Made by a program: the position numbers and the translations under genes | Source: Thermoanaerobaculia bacterium | GTDB taxonomy: Bacteria; Acidobacteriota; Thermoanaerobaculia; Multivoradales; Multivoraceae | NCBI GenBank assembly: GCA_963664405.1 | Contig: OY761158.1 | Location: 5,888,001-5,952,000, forward strand | Reading direction: 5' to 3' | DNA length: 64,000 nt | Shown: positions 27,491 to 37,552 of the stretch, one piece after another | How positions within the stretch are numbered: position 1 is the first letter of the stretch | Layout of the letters: the number at the start of each line of letters is the position of its first letter | The notes under the pieces: generated by a model | Told to the model about the DNA's origin: nothing | What the model saw: only the letters and a program-made list of their open reading frames with translations | The model's database searches: none

Positions 27491-30094
27491 TCAGATCCCG
27501 ATTCTCTCGAGCTCGAAGAGCGGAGACTCGGCGCTCCGACCTCCGAGATCGACCTTCCCTTCGAGGCACCACAGAGTTTCCTCGTCGGGGTCGGCGAGAA
27601 CCTGGGTGACGCGCCAAGAGCGCGGATCGGTCTTTTCGATGCGCGTGAGGTGGGCTTGCCGAGCCCGGGCCGTGAAGTCGATCCGGCTGTGCTCGGCGAA
27701 GAACGGCTCGAGAGCCGAGGCGAGACTCTCCCCGCTCCAAGGCTCGCTGATTTCGCCCTGTCGAAGACAGAGGATTGCGTCTTCGTAGTCCCGATTGGAG
27801 AGGGCTCGTACCAACTGATGGAGCTCGGCGCGCACGCGAGCGGCGAAAGCCTTGGGGTCGCGCAAGAGCTGGTCATCGCGCAGCGCCTTCCGCATCATTT
27901 CAGCCTCTTCCTGCCTGGCCAGTCGGAGCTCGGGGTGGAGTAACCCCTCCCACTCCTCGATCAAGCTCGAGTCGGTGTGCTCCAAGGTTGTACGCAGGAA
28001 AGCTTCGATGTCGAAGAGTACTTCTTCCTTCGAGTTCTGAGGAACGCTCTGAGCGAGTGTCTTATAGAGCTGACTGAGATAGCGCAGCAGAACGCCCTCG
28101 CTGCGCTGGAGGCCATAGCGCCTCACGTAGTCGTTGAAGCCGGCGTAAGTCTCGAACATCTCGCGAGCGATCGATTTCGGGCGGATCGTCTCTCCGGCTA
28201 CCCACGGGTGTGCGCGTCGAAAGTGCGCGAAGCGCTCCCGAATGAACTCTTCATCCGGCTTCGGCCAACTCACTCGATCGAGGTGCTCTTTTCGCTCTTC
28301 CCAAGATAGCCCCTGGGCTTTCAGCTCCATTCGTACCTCGTCGCGCGCCTTGTCGGACTGCCGATAGAGCACAGCCGTTGGGTTCTCCATGATGGCCTCG
28401 GCGAGGGTGAGCAGATGGAGGCCGTACTCGGGGTCTTCTCGAGCGAGCTGCTCGATCGTTTCGACCAGGAACAGTGCGAGCGTCTGATGCAGCGAGAAGT
28501 TGAACTGGAGGTCCTCATTGACCACTACCCAGCGGTAGCTGCTCCTGGCGTCGCGGGTCAGGCCCAGGACGCCCGCGCGGTGAAGAGAGCGCGCCAGAAG
28601 CGCTGCCTCGCGAAGAAGCTCTTTCTTGCGCTGTGGGGTCTCATGGCAGTTCGCGATGAGGGCGCGGAGCGAATGAAAGTTGTCGCGCTGGGGATTGTCT
28701 GAGTCGGCATCGTGCTGGAGCAGGCTCAGCACCATGCTGTGGGAGACCCGAAAGCGCGACTCGAGGGTTTCGGGCATCCGTTGCTGCAGGTTTGCGAAAG
28801 TCTTTCTGCTCCAGGGCAGGAAGCGTTCTTTCGGAGGCTGCTTCTTGCGCCAGGTCTTGCGTTTGCCACGCTGCGATCGTGCTTTGCGCTCGCGACGGAG
28901 GTTCTCGATCACGTACTCGGGGGCCTGGCAGACCACCCACCCCTGGTCGTCGAATCCCTTACGCCCCGCTCGTCCTGCGATCTGCTTGAAATCCCTCACT
29001 TTGAGGATGATGGTCTCGGTTCCGTCGTACTTGCAGAGTTGCGTGAAAACCACGGTTCGGATCGGGATATTGACGCCGACGCCGAGAGTGTCGGTGCCGC
29101 AGATCACCTTGAGAAGACCCTTCTGAGACAACTGCTCGACGAGGAGTCGGTACTTCGGGAGCAGACCGGCGTGGTGGATTCCTACTCCGAAGCCGAGTAG
29201 GCGCCGCATATCCTTACCGTAGGGTGTGTCGAAGTGAAAGTCTCCGATTTGCGCGCGGACGGCTTTTCTTTCTTCCGCTGAATTGAGGCGCATGCTGGTG
29301 AGGCTCTGGGCGAGGTCAGCGCAGTCGCGCTGGGTGAAGCTGACAACGTAGGCGGGTGCGCGCTCCTGGGCGACCAGATCCTCGACCGTCTCGTGCAGGG
29401 GAGTCTCGCGATACTCGAATTCGAGGGGGACCGGCCGGTGCTCGGAGCTCACCACCACGGGCTCGCGCGAGGTCTGGCGACGGAGGTGGTCCTCGATTGC
29501 TCGAGTATTGCCCATCGTCGCGGACATGAGCAGGAATTGGGTGTTGGCGAGGGTGAGCAGGGGGATCTGCCAGGCCACGCCGCGATCGCGATCGTCGTAG
29601 TAGTGGAACTCGTCCATGACGACGTAAGGCGCCTCGAGGCGGTCGCCGAGGCGAAGGGAGAGGTTGGAGAGAATCTCGGCGGTGCAGCACACCACCGGCG
29701 CCGACGCGTTGATACTCGCATCGCCGGTCTGCATACCGACATTCTCGGCACCTAGATCGTCGCAGAGGGCGAAGAACTTCTCGCTGGCGAGGGCTTTGAC
29801 CGGAGAGGTGTAGTAGCAGCGCTTGCCTTCGCACAGCGCCCTGAAATGGAGCCCCAGTGCCACCATCGACTTGCCTGACCCGGTGGGGGTGTTCAGCAGC
29901 ACGTGGTTGTCCGCCAGAAGCGCCAGGAGAGCCTCTTCCTGCGCGTCGTAGAGCTCGAAACCTGAATCACTCGTCCAGGCGAGGAAGAGGTCGAGGATCT
30001 GCTCGGGGTCGTGGGTGCCGCCAGGTGGCACGCGGGAGGCGAGGGAAAGCTTCTGGGGGCCGTCGTCGGGGCGATCGGTTTCGAGAGGGGTCAT
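27491..30094 (-). CDS. Ski2/HelY-like DEAD/DEAH helicase with DUF3516-type C-terminus
   Basis: PTGSGKS, SPVKAL, DEFH, MSAT, HHAG, TDTLGVGVN, QIAGRAGR, SEGVLLRYL. Confidence 0.92.
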   Translation of the reverse strand: MTPLETDRPDDGPQKLSLASRVPPGGTHDPEQILDLFLAWTSDSGFELYDAQEEALLALLADNHVLLNTPTGSGKSMVALGLHFRALCEGKRCYYTSPVKALASEKFFALCDDLGAENVGMQTGDASINASAPVVCCTAEILSNLSLRLGDRLEAPYVVMDEFHYYDDRDRGVAWQIPLLTLANTQFLLMSATMGNTRAIEDHLRRQTSREPVVVSSEHRPVPLEFEYRETPLHETVEDLVAQERAPAYVVSFTQRDCADLAQSLTSMRLNSAEERKAVRAQIGDFHFDTPYGKDMRRLLGFGVGIHHAGLLPKYRLLVEQLSQKGLLKVICGTDTLGVGVNIPIRTVVFTQLCKYDGTETIILKVRDFKQIAGRAGRKGFDDQGWVVCQAPEYVIENLRRERKARSQRGKRKTWRKKQPPKERFLPWSRKTFANLQQRMPETLESRFRVSHSMVLSLLQHDADSDNPQRDNFHSLRALIANCHETPQRKKELLREAALLARSLHRAGVLGLTRDARSSYRWVVVNEDLQFNFSLHQTLALFLVETIEQLAREDPEYGLHLLTLAEAIMENPTAVLYRQSDKARDEVRMELKAQGLSWEERKEHLDRVSWPKPDEEFIRERFAHFRRAHPWVAGETIRPKSIAREMFETYAGFNDYVRRYGLQRSEGVLLRYLSQLYKTLAQSVPQNSKEEVLFDIEAFLRTTLEHTDSSLIEEWEGLLHPELRLARQEEAEMMRKALRDDQLLRDPKAFAARVRAELHQLVRALSNRDYEDAILCLRQGEISEPWSGESLASALEPFFAEHSRIDFTARARQAHLTRIEKTDPRSWRVTQVLADPDEETLWCLEGKVDLGGRSAESPLFELERIGI

Positions 30095-30550
30095 GGTGGA
30101 TGGCGAAAACGAGAACCGGTCGGCCCTCGAGTCGGTACTCTCAGGTCGATGAAGGTCGTCGCCGATCCTACATGTCGCAGGCGGGTGGCGATCTGATTCG
30201 TGCAAAAGTGCCTTGTATTCACTCTGCATTATTGCGCTGACGAAACGAGGAGGCCGCCGTGCGCTCGATGACTCTCGACGATAGGATTCCAGGTGACCCC
30301 GGACCCTCGTGGAACCCCGACACTGCGTAGCTTCGCAACCGCCCACGTCGACGCCGATTCGGTCCCCACGCCGTCTATACTCCCGCCGGGCTTCGACAAG
30401 CTCGGCGGTGTCGTCAACCGCGACTTCGCCGTCTTTTTCAACACTTGCGGCAGCGATGCCTTTCGCTCGGATCTGCACGTGCGCAACATGGCGGCGGCGC
30501 TTTGTGTGATACATGATTACTTTTCGTCAAATGAAAAAAGGACCAGTCCA

Positions 30551-31567
30551 ATGAACACTACATCCAACAAGAAAGCCCCCACAGACGAATACATAGTGCA
30601 TGGCGGAGCACGCAGTCTGTTCACGCGCAAGTTAACAGCGGCGCTGGATTTTTACGGCGCACGCTACCGTATCGAGCCGCGTGGGCCTTTTGCGGACGAC
30701 GTTCTCCAGGTCCGTGCCAATACCCACCAGATCCCGCTGATTCATACGCCTGAGGACTGGGTATTGGCCGATACAACGCCTATCCTGCGGCTGCTTGATG
30801 GTCGGTTCCCGGCGCGTCGGCTGTTTCCTGCCGGACCGCTTGGCGTATTGGTGAGTGTAGTCGAAGAAGTTCTTGATGAATGGGTTGCGCGGGTGATGGT
30901 GCATTATCGATGGCACAATCCTGAGAACGCTCTGTACGTGCTTTCGCAAGGCGCGGGACGCCAACTCACCCTCGACGAGTTAAAAGAGCACCCTGTATTC
31001 CATTGGGGGCCGCGCGCATGCCGAGCCACCGGTACCGAGCACCCGGCCCAGCAACAAACTGCGGAACGTGAATACCTGCGCATGCTTGACGCACTGGAAA
31101 CACAGCTTGGCTCGACGCGTTATGCGCTTGGCGACCGACCCTCAGCAGTCGATACCATCCTACTCGGTGGTCTGCGTGCTCACACCAACGCCGATCCCAT
31201 TCCCGATCTCAGTGGCTACACGCGGGTACTCGAATGGGAGGCTGAGTGCGAAAACGGCTGGGACGGCAAGGGAGAACTGGCACCTTTTCCACCCAGCACG
31301 CCTTTTGCGCAACACATGCTTGCCCTTACGCGAGATGAATACACCAAGTTCGTCAGTTCGAACGCTCACGCACTGGCAGCGGGTGAAAAGGTCTTTCAGA
31401 TCGAGACTTATGGTGAACTGACAACCTACCTTGCCCGAGAGTATCCAGAGCGCTCGCGGCGAATTTTGCAAACGCATGCCTATGACACGCTGAGCGAACA
31501 AGAGCGTAGCCAGGTTCTGGCATGGCTCGAGGATGAGAGGCTTACGGATATTCTCTATGAGAATTGA
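30551..31567 (+). CDS. Glutathione S-transferase-like protein
   Basis: SLFTRK, QIP, ADTTPI, DEW....MVHYRW, YALGDRPS..D; visibly more AT-rich codon usage than its neighbours. Confidence 0.8.
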   Translation: MNTTSNKKAPTDEYIVHGGARSLFTRKLTAALDFYGARYRIEPRGPFADDVLQVRANTHQIPLIHTPEDWVLADTTPILRLLDGRFPARRLFPAGPLGVLVSVVEEVLDEWVARVMVHYRWHNPENALYVLSQGAGRQLTLDELKEHPVFHWGPRACRATGTEHPAQQQTAEREYLRMLDALETQLGSTRYALGDRPSAVDTILLGGLRAHTNADPIPDLSGYTRVLEWEAECENGWDGKGELAPFPPSTPFAQHMLALTRDEYTKFVSSNAHALAAGEKVFQIETYGELTTYLAREYPERSRRILQTHAYDTLSEQERSQVLAWLEDERLTDILYEN

Positions 31568-31609
31568 AGTGTGAAGGCACTCGTTTCAGAGTCGGCACCT
31601 TAGACGACT

Positions 31610-34270
31610 TTACATATCGCAGGTCGGGAAGGCGCCAAGAGCCGCGGTCGTCGCCTGGATCGCACCAGGAGGATTGTCTTGTCCGTCTGTTGACTCCGGA
31701 GCCGGAGTAAAGAACGGTTGATTCAGTTGGTTGATGAACTTGCGCACGGTGCCGGTCACCGTATCGACGATGGTGATCTCGACCCGCACATTGGTCAGAC
31801 CGGCGATGAAGACCCAGAAGTTACGAAGTGGATGGCCATCCGGCAGCGTGCAGGTGTCTTTCATCTTGACCACGATCTCGACATTGCCGACTTCGAAGAA
31901 CTCGAAAGAGGCGGCAGAGTCGGTGAGCTTGAAGGCGCGAGCGTCGCCCATCGATCCGTCATTGGTCTCGAAGTGGATGGTGACCAGAAAGCGATCCAGC
32001 AGACAGACCGAGAACTCGGCATCGTCGCAGGGCATGGGGCCGTCGTTGTCGTTGAGAGTGAGGGTCGCCTCACTGGGGCTGCCGAGAGAGGCGCCTCCAG
32101 CGACATCGGCGAGAGACAGCGACACACTCTCGGCGGGCTCACTTTCGCCGTCGTCGAAGATCGGCACGTCGAAGAACTTATTGGCGGCATCCCCGTCACT
32201 CCAGGCGAGGGTGCCGAAGGTGGCGGCGTAGTCGCTGCCGGCGGTAGCGGATCCGTCTGCGGTTGAGTAGTCGACGGAAACGCTGCCGTCGGAGCCTTCA
32301 TCTCTAGAGACGGCCACGGTCGCCATGCCGTCGCCCTCTCCGACCGAGAAGGTCGTCGACACAAATTGCAGCTCGCCGGGGCCGGTGATGATCTCCTGCC
32401 CGAAGACATAGGCCGAGCCGCTGAAGAGACCGTTGTCGTCGTCTCCGAAGGCCCCGACGACGACGTCGCTGCCTGAGACGGCGACTGAGAAACCGAAATG
32501 GTCGTCTGCGGCGGCGTCGGATGCCAGGAGTTTGACGGCCTCGGTGAGGGTGCCGGCCCAGCCGCCGACGGGCTCGGTGAACAGATAGGCCGAGCCACTC
32601 TGGTTGCCACTGTCGTCGTTGTTGGCTACGCCGACGGCGACGGTGCCGCCGGAGACGGCGACGGACATGCCGAATCGGTCATTCACGTCGCCGTCGGAGG
32701 CCAGGAGTTTGGCGGCCTCGGTGGGAGCTCCGGCCCAACCGCCGACGGGCTTGGTGAACACGTAGGCCGAGCCGCTTTGCTTGCCGTTGTCGTCGTCGGA
32801 GTCAGCGCTGCATACGACGGTGCCGCCGGATATGGCGACGGAGCTGCCGAAAAAGTCGGCTGCGGTGCCGTCGGAGGCCAGGAGCTTCGCAGCCTCGGTG
32901 ACGGTGCCGGCCCAACCGCCGACGGGCTCGGTGAACACGTAGGCCGAGCCGGTGGAAGTGCCGCCGTCGTCGTCGAAGGGAACCCCGACGACGACGGCGC
33001 TGCCGGAGACGGCGACGGAGCTGCCGAAAAAGTCGGCTCCGCCACCGTCTGAAGCCAGGAGCTTGGCGGCCTCGGTGAGGGTGCCGGCCCAGCCGCCGAC
33101 GGGCTCGGTAAACACGTAGGCCGAGCCGCTTTGGCCACCGTTGTCGTCGTCGGAGTCAGAGCCGATGATGACGGTGCTGCCGGAGACGGCGACGGAGATG
33201 CCGAATCGGTCATTCACGTCGCCGTCGGCAGGCAGGAGCTTGGCGGCTTGGGTGAGGGTGCCGGCCCAGCCGCCGACCGGCTCGGTGAAGACGTATGCCG
33301 ACCCGCTTCCTGTGCCGTTGTCGTCATCGAAGGCAGACCCGACGACGACGGTGCTGCCAGAGACCGCAACCGAGCCGCCGAAGAAGTTACCTGCGGCGCC
33401 GTCGGCAGGCAGGAGCTTGGCGGCTTGGGTGAGGGTGCCGGCCCAGCCGCCGACCGGCTCGGTGAACACATAGGCCGACCCGCTTAGGTTGCCGTTGTCG
33501 TCGTCGGAATCAGCGCCGACGACGACGGTGTTGCCGGAGAAGGCGACGGACTCGCCGAAGCGGTCGTTTATGGCACCGTCGGCAGGCAGGAGTTTGGCGG
33601 TCTCGAAGGTGGGGTCGACGGTCACCGGCCATCGGACATCCGCAACCACCGTGCGGATTGTCAGGCGTTGCCCAGCCAGCTCGAGGCGCGCCGGCAACTC
33701 CCGGCCCGAAGCGTCGAAGGCGACGAGTCCGCGGTAGCGCAGCCCGGCCGCGGGAAAGCGCAGTGACCGCCTGTCCCCACCGAGAAGCGCCGATCCGACA
33801 ACCCGGAGCTCGATCACCAGGTCTCTAGCCGCCTCGCAACCGGCCCCCGGAGCTTCGACCGTGAAGCCCTGCTCGACACCCAGTGGCCCGGCGACATACC
33901 ACTCGGTGATCCCGTCCCAGGCGAGCTCGACCCGGTTGGCCAAAGCGCCCGAGCGGCGGGCGGTGGCGTCGGCAAGGGAGGACTCGCACCCCCAGCTGAG
34001 AAGACGCATCCCGACCGACCCGCCCGATCCCCTTACCTCGACACCGCCGCCTTGGAAAGACGCCACAAGCCCTTGAGCAGGGCTAGGGAGGAGGAAGCCC
34101 TCACCCTTGGCACGGGCGTGGTACCTCGTGTCCTCGGCGCCGAGTCCTGCCGAAACCAAGGGGCGCAGCCAACCGTGCTCGGCGAGGCTCGTCGCTTCTG
34201 CTGCTGGGACCAGGCCTGGAGTCAGGCACTGGAGAGTAATGACGATAGAAATCAGGTGCTCAAGCTTCAT
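31610..34270 (-). CDS. Secreted FG-GAP (integrin-alpha-like) 7-repeat protein with Calx-beta and shared C-terminal domain
   Basis: Signal peptide, N-terminal beta domain (EWYV.GPLGVEQGF, WPVTVDP), seven 59-aa FG.SVA.SG...VVG....D.NG..SGSAYVF repeats, Calx-beta (TADGSATAGSDY), then the C-terminal domain. Confidence 0.9.
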   Translation of the reverse strand: MKLEHLISIVITLQCLTPGLVPAAEATSLAEHGWLRPLVSAGLGAEDTRYHARAKGEGFLLPSPAQGLVASFQGGGVEVRGSGGSVGMRLLSWGCESSLADATARRSGALANRVELAWDGITEWYVAGPLGVEQGFTVEAPGAGCEAARDLVIELRVVGSALLGGDRRSLRFPAAGLRYRGLVAFDASGRELPARLELAGQRLTIRTVVADVRWPVTVDPTFETAKLLPADGAINDRFGESVAFSGNTVVVGADSDDDNGNLSGSAYVFTEPVGGWAGTLTQAAKLLPADGAAGNFFGGSVAVSGSTVVVGSAFDDDNGTGSGSAYVFTEPVGGWAGTLTQAAKLLPADGDVNDRFGISVAVSGSTVIIGSDSDDDNGGQSGSAYVFTEPVGGWAGTLTEAAKLLASDGGGADFFGSSVAVSGSAVVVGVPFDDDGGTSTGSAYVFTEPVGGWAGTVTEAAKLLASDGTAADFFGSSVAISGGTVVCSADSDDDNGKQSGSAYVFTKPVGGWAGAPTEAAKLLASDGDVNDRFGMSVAVSGGTVAVGVANNDDSGNQSGSAYLFTEPVGGWAGTLTEAVKLLASDAAADDHFGFSVAVSGSDVVVGAFGDDDNGLFSGSAYVFGQEIITGPGELQFVSTTFSVGEGDGMATVAVSRDEGSDGSVSVDYSTADGSATAGSDYAATFGTLAWSDGDAANKFFDVPIFDDGESEPAESVSLSLADVAGGASLGSPSEATLTLNDNDGPMPCDDAEFSVCLLDRFLVTIHFETNDGSMGDARAFKLTDSAASFEFFEVGNVEIVVKMKDTCTLPDGHPLRNFWVFIAGLTNVRVEITIVDTVTGTVRKFINQLNQPFFTPAPESTDGQDNPPGAIQATTAALGAFPTCDM
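32404..33600 (-). repeat. Seven 177-bp coding tandem repeats (FG-GAP blades)
   Basis: GGCAGGCAGG anchors at 33227, 33404 and 33581 give a period of 177 bp. Confidence 0.9.
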
Positions 34271-34364
34271 TGAAGGCCTCCCGAGCTCAGTTCGCAATCA
34301 CCCGCCCGAAGTCGGACGAGCAGGTAGCCCCGCCCCGCGGCAGAGCCTTTCTCCGGGACCTCAA

Positions 34365-34402
34365 GCTGTTATCGCTGGCTTAATAAGCGCCATGATAGCA
34401 GC
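34365..34402. terminator. Intergenic hairpin between array genes 2 and 3
   Basis: GCTGTTATC...TGGC-TTA-A-TAAGC-GCCA...GATAGCAGC nested imperfect stem. Confidence 0.4.
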
Positions 34403-34445
34403 CGTCGCTGGAGTCGCCCGGCTGGGAGATGGGCTCGACTGGCGG

Positions 34446-36016
34446 CTACAGATCGCAGGTCGGGAAGGCGCCAAGAGCCGCGGTCGTCGCCTGGATCGCG
34501 CCGGGAGGATTTGCCTGGCCGTCGGGCGATTCGGGTGCCGGAGTAAAGAACGGTTGATTCAGCTCGTTGATGAACTTGCGCACGGTGCCGGTCACCGTAT
34601 CGACGATGGTGATCTCGACCCGCACATTGGTCAGTCCTGCGATGAACACCCAAAAGTTGCGTAGCGGATGCCCGTCCGGCAGCGTGCAGGTGTCTTTCAT
34701 CTTGACCACGATCTCGACATTGCCGACTTCGAAGAACTCGAAGGAGGCGGCCGAGTCGGTGAGTTTGAAGGCCCGCGCGTCACCCATCGATCCGTCGTTG
34801 GTCTCGAAGCGGATGGTGACCAGAAAGCGATCCAGGAGACAGACCGAGAATTCGGCGTCGTCGCAGGGCATGGGGCCGTCGTTGTTGTTGATGGTGAGGG
34901 TCGCTGCACTCGGGTTGCCGAGGGAGGCGCCGCCACTCGCATCGGCGAGAGAGATCGACACGGTCTCTGCAAACTCGGGGGCGACGTCGTCGAAGATAGG
35001 AATGTCGAAGGACTTGTTACTGGCGTCGCCCTCACTCCAGTCGAGGGTGCCCGAGACAGCGGTGTAGTCGCTGCCGGCGACCGCCGAGCCGTCAGCGGTG
35101 TAGTAGTCGACCGAAACGCTGCCGTCGGAGCCGCCCTCTCTCGACGCGCTGAGGGTTGCCATCGCCTCGCCCTCTCCGACCGAGAAGGTACTCGAGGTGA
35201 ATTGCAGTCCACCCGCACTCGCGGTGTCGTTGTCGGTAATCCTGAGGGTGGCCTGGCTCGGGCTGGCGAGGACCGCGCCGCCGGTGGGAGCGGAGAGAGC
35301 GAGAGTCACGGTCTCGTTGTTCTCACTTTCAGTGTCGTCGAGGACCGCTACGGTGAAGCTTTTCGTGCCGGCCTCCTGGTCGGCCCACGAGATAGATCCG
35401 CTGGTGCCGGTGTAGTCCACTCCTGCCGTGGCCGAGCCGTTGGAAGTGGCGTAGCTCACCTGGACCATGCCGTCGCTGCCACTCACCCGCTCTACATCGA
35501 TGACCGCGTTGCCACCATTCTCCGGCTCGACGAAGACAGCTCCGGTGAAGCGGATCTCGCCGTTGTCCGCGGACGGGGGCGCCCCACCTTCGACGATCAC
35601 TGTTCCCGACATGCCGCCGCCGGCAAAGCCGTGCGCCTCGCAGTGGTACGGGTTGCTGCCGGCAGTGTCGAAAGCGAGAGTGAAGCTGGTCCAGCTGCTG
35701 CTGAGGTCGCCGTCGCCGCTCTGCCCGTCTCCGTCGCAGCCATCAGCGCAGCGAAACGAACCATCGTCCGCAGCTACATTGTGCTCAAGGTCGCTTTCGA
35801 GAGTCCAGGTAACGGTGTCGCCGACTTGAATTGTGAGCGTGGCCGGAAAGAATCTCGGATCTTGGCCTGCCCCGCCTCCCCCGTAGCCGTCGTCGTCGCC
35901 CCCGTCCGCCTCGCCCCCTAGGAGTACGACGCTATGGTTGGCCGCGGACACGGGCAGGGAGAGAGGACGCCCAGGACGAGCGACAAGGCGATCGGGAGGG
36001 TTCCTTTAGAGGTCAT
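34446..36016 (-). CDS. Secreted cupredoxin + 2x Calx-beta + shared C-terminal domain protein (1-nt frameshift in the signal peptide)
   Basis: Type-1 Cu ligands HNV...YHCEAHGFAGGGMSG. ATG 36016 encodes MTSKGTLPIALSLVLGVL, one base out of frame (CTCTCTCCC at about 35957-35965) with SLPVSAANH of ORF 34446..35951. Confidence 0.85.
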
Positions 36017-36022
36017 CTGGTT

Positions 36023-37552
36023 TTACACGTCGCAGGTGGGGAAGGCGCCCAGAGCCTCAGTCGTTGCCTGGATCGCGCCCGGAGGATTCGCCTGGCCGTC
36101 AGGAGATTCAGGTGCCGGCGTAAAAAACGGCTGATTCAGCTGGTTGATGAACTTGCGAACGGTGCCGGTCACCGTATCGACGATGGTGATCTCGACCCGT
36201 ACATTGGTGAGGCCGGCGATGAAGACCCAGAAGTTACGCAAAGGATGCCCGTCGGGTAGTGTACAGGTATCCTTCATCTTGACCACGATCTCGACATTGC
36301 CTACTTCGAAGAACTCGAAGGAGGCGGCCGAATCGGTGAGCTTGAAGGCGCGCGCGTCACCCATCGATCCGTCGTTGGTCTCGAAGCGGATGGTGACCAG
36401 AAAGCGCGACAGCAGACACACCGAGAACTCGGTGTCGTCGCAGGGCATGGGGCCGTCGTTGTCGTTGATGGTGAGGGTCGTTACGCTCGGGTTGCCGAGG
36501 GAGGCGCCGCCACTCGCAGCGGCGAGGGAGATCGACAGGTTCTCCGCAAACTCGGGCTCGACATCGTCGAAGATGGGGACGTCGAAGGATTTGTCGGCGA
36601 CGTCGCCGTCACCCCAGTCGAGGGTGCCGGAGACCGCCGTGTAGTCGCTGCCGGCGAGCGCGGTGCCGTCGGCGGTGTCGTAGTCGACGGAGACGCTGCC
36701 GTCGGAGCCGCCCTCTCTCGACGCGCTGAGAGTCGCCATCCCTTCGCCTTCTCCAACCGAGAACTCGCTCGAGGTGAATTGCAGCTCCCCCGGGCTGGCG
36801 GAGTCGTTGTCGGTAATCCGAAGCGTTGCCTGACTCGGGTTGATGAGAACCGCCCCGCCGGTGGGGGAGGAGAGGGTTAGATTCACCGTCTCATTGCCCT
36901 CGTCCACGGCGTCGTCGAGGATCGTTACGGTGAAAGTCTTGGTGCCGGTCTCGCCGTCGGTCCAGGAGAGGTTGCCACTGGTGGCTGTGTAGTCCTGGCC
37001 GGCGGTGGCGGAGCCGTTCGAGGTGGCGTAGCTCACCTGGACCGCGCCGTCGCTACCATTCACCCGCTCGACCCGGACGACCTCGTTGCCGCCGTTCTCC
37101 GGTTCGACGAAGAGGTTGTTGGTGAAGCGGATGTCGCCGTTGTCGTCGGGTGTGGGCGTAGGCGTGGGCGTGGGCGTGGGCGCACCCCCCCCCTCGACGG
37201 TGACCGTCCCAGACATGCCGCCGCCGGCAAAGCCGTGTATCTGGCAGTGGTAGGGGTTGCTACCGGCGGTGTCGAAAGTGAGAGTGAAGCTGCTCCAAGA
37301 CGCCGTCGGGGCGCCATTGCCGCCCTGCCCGTCGCAGCCGTTCGCGCAGCGAAACGCACCGTCGTCCGCGTTTACGTTGTGTGTCCCGCTGAAGCGTGTC
37401 CAGGTAACAGTGTCGCCGGCCTGGATATTGAGATTCTCCGGGGAGAAGGAGAAGTTCCTGACTTCGACGTCGTGATCGGCAGCAGACGCGGGGAGGGAGA
37501 AGACTGCAAGGAGGCACAGCGAGGCGGCAGAGGGGTAGATTCTGGAGGTCAT
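36023..37552 (-). CDS. Secreted cupredoxin + PT linker + 2x Calx-beta + shared C-terminal domain protein
   Basis: Signal peptide ending ASA/A, THNV...YHCQIHGFAGGGMSG, PTPTPTPTPTP linker, two Calx-beta domains, C-terminal domain. Confidence 0.92.
   Translation of the reverse strand: MTSRIYPSAASLCLLAVFSLPASAADHDVEVRNFSFSPENLNIQAGDTVTWTRFSGTHNVNADDGAFRCANGCDGQGGNGAPTASWSSFTLTFDTAGSNPYHCQIHGFAGGGMSGTVTVEGGGAPTPTPTPTPTPDDNGDIRFTNNLFVEPENGGNEVVRVERVNGSDGAVQVSYATSNGSATAGQDYTATSGNLSWTDGETGTKTFTVTILDDAVDEGNETVNLTLSSPTGGAVLINPSQATLRITDNDSASPGELQFTSSEFSVGEGEGMATLSASREGGSDGSVSVDYDTADGTALAGSDYTAVSGTLDWGDGDVADKSFDVPIFDDVEPEFAENLSISLAAASGGASLGNPSVTTLTINDNDGPMPCDDTEFSVCLLSRFLVTIRFETNDGSMGDARAFKLTDSAASFEFFEVGNVEIVVKMKDTCTLPDGHPLRNFWVFIAGLTNVRVEITIVDTVTGTVRKFINQLNQPFFTPAPESPDGQANPPGAIQATTEALGAFPTCDV

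Noticed and set aside
30237-30250. CTGACGA as a hammerhead ribozyme core, or as one end of an inverted repeat with 31575-31590
   Set aside because: No stem II followed by GAAA. The 8-bp matches to the right flank are in inconsistent order.
30095-30514. 140-aa N-terminal extension of the helicase (1007-aa ORF)
   Set aside because: The extension has no helicase-like character and reads as the antisense shadow of a GC-rich plus-strand remnant; ATG 30094 fits better.
34668-35921. Long antisense ORFs (e.g. 34668..35921+, 11284..12327+, 49764..50960-, 62879..63757-)
   Set aside because: These are shadow frames opposite well-supported genes, expected at high GC, and carry no motifs.
31610-36790. 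Three ~770-bp near-identical segments as DGR template/variable repeats
   Set aside because: There is no reverse transcriptase in the window, all copies are coding, and the differences are mostly synonymous rather than adenine-specific.
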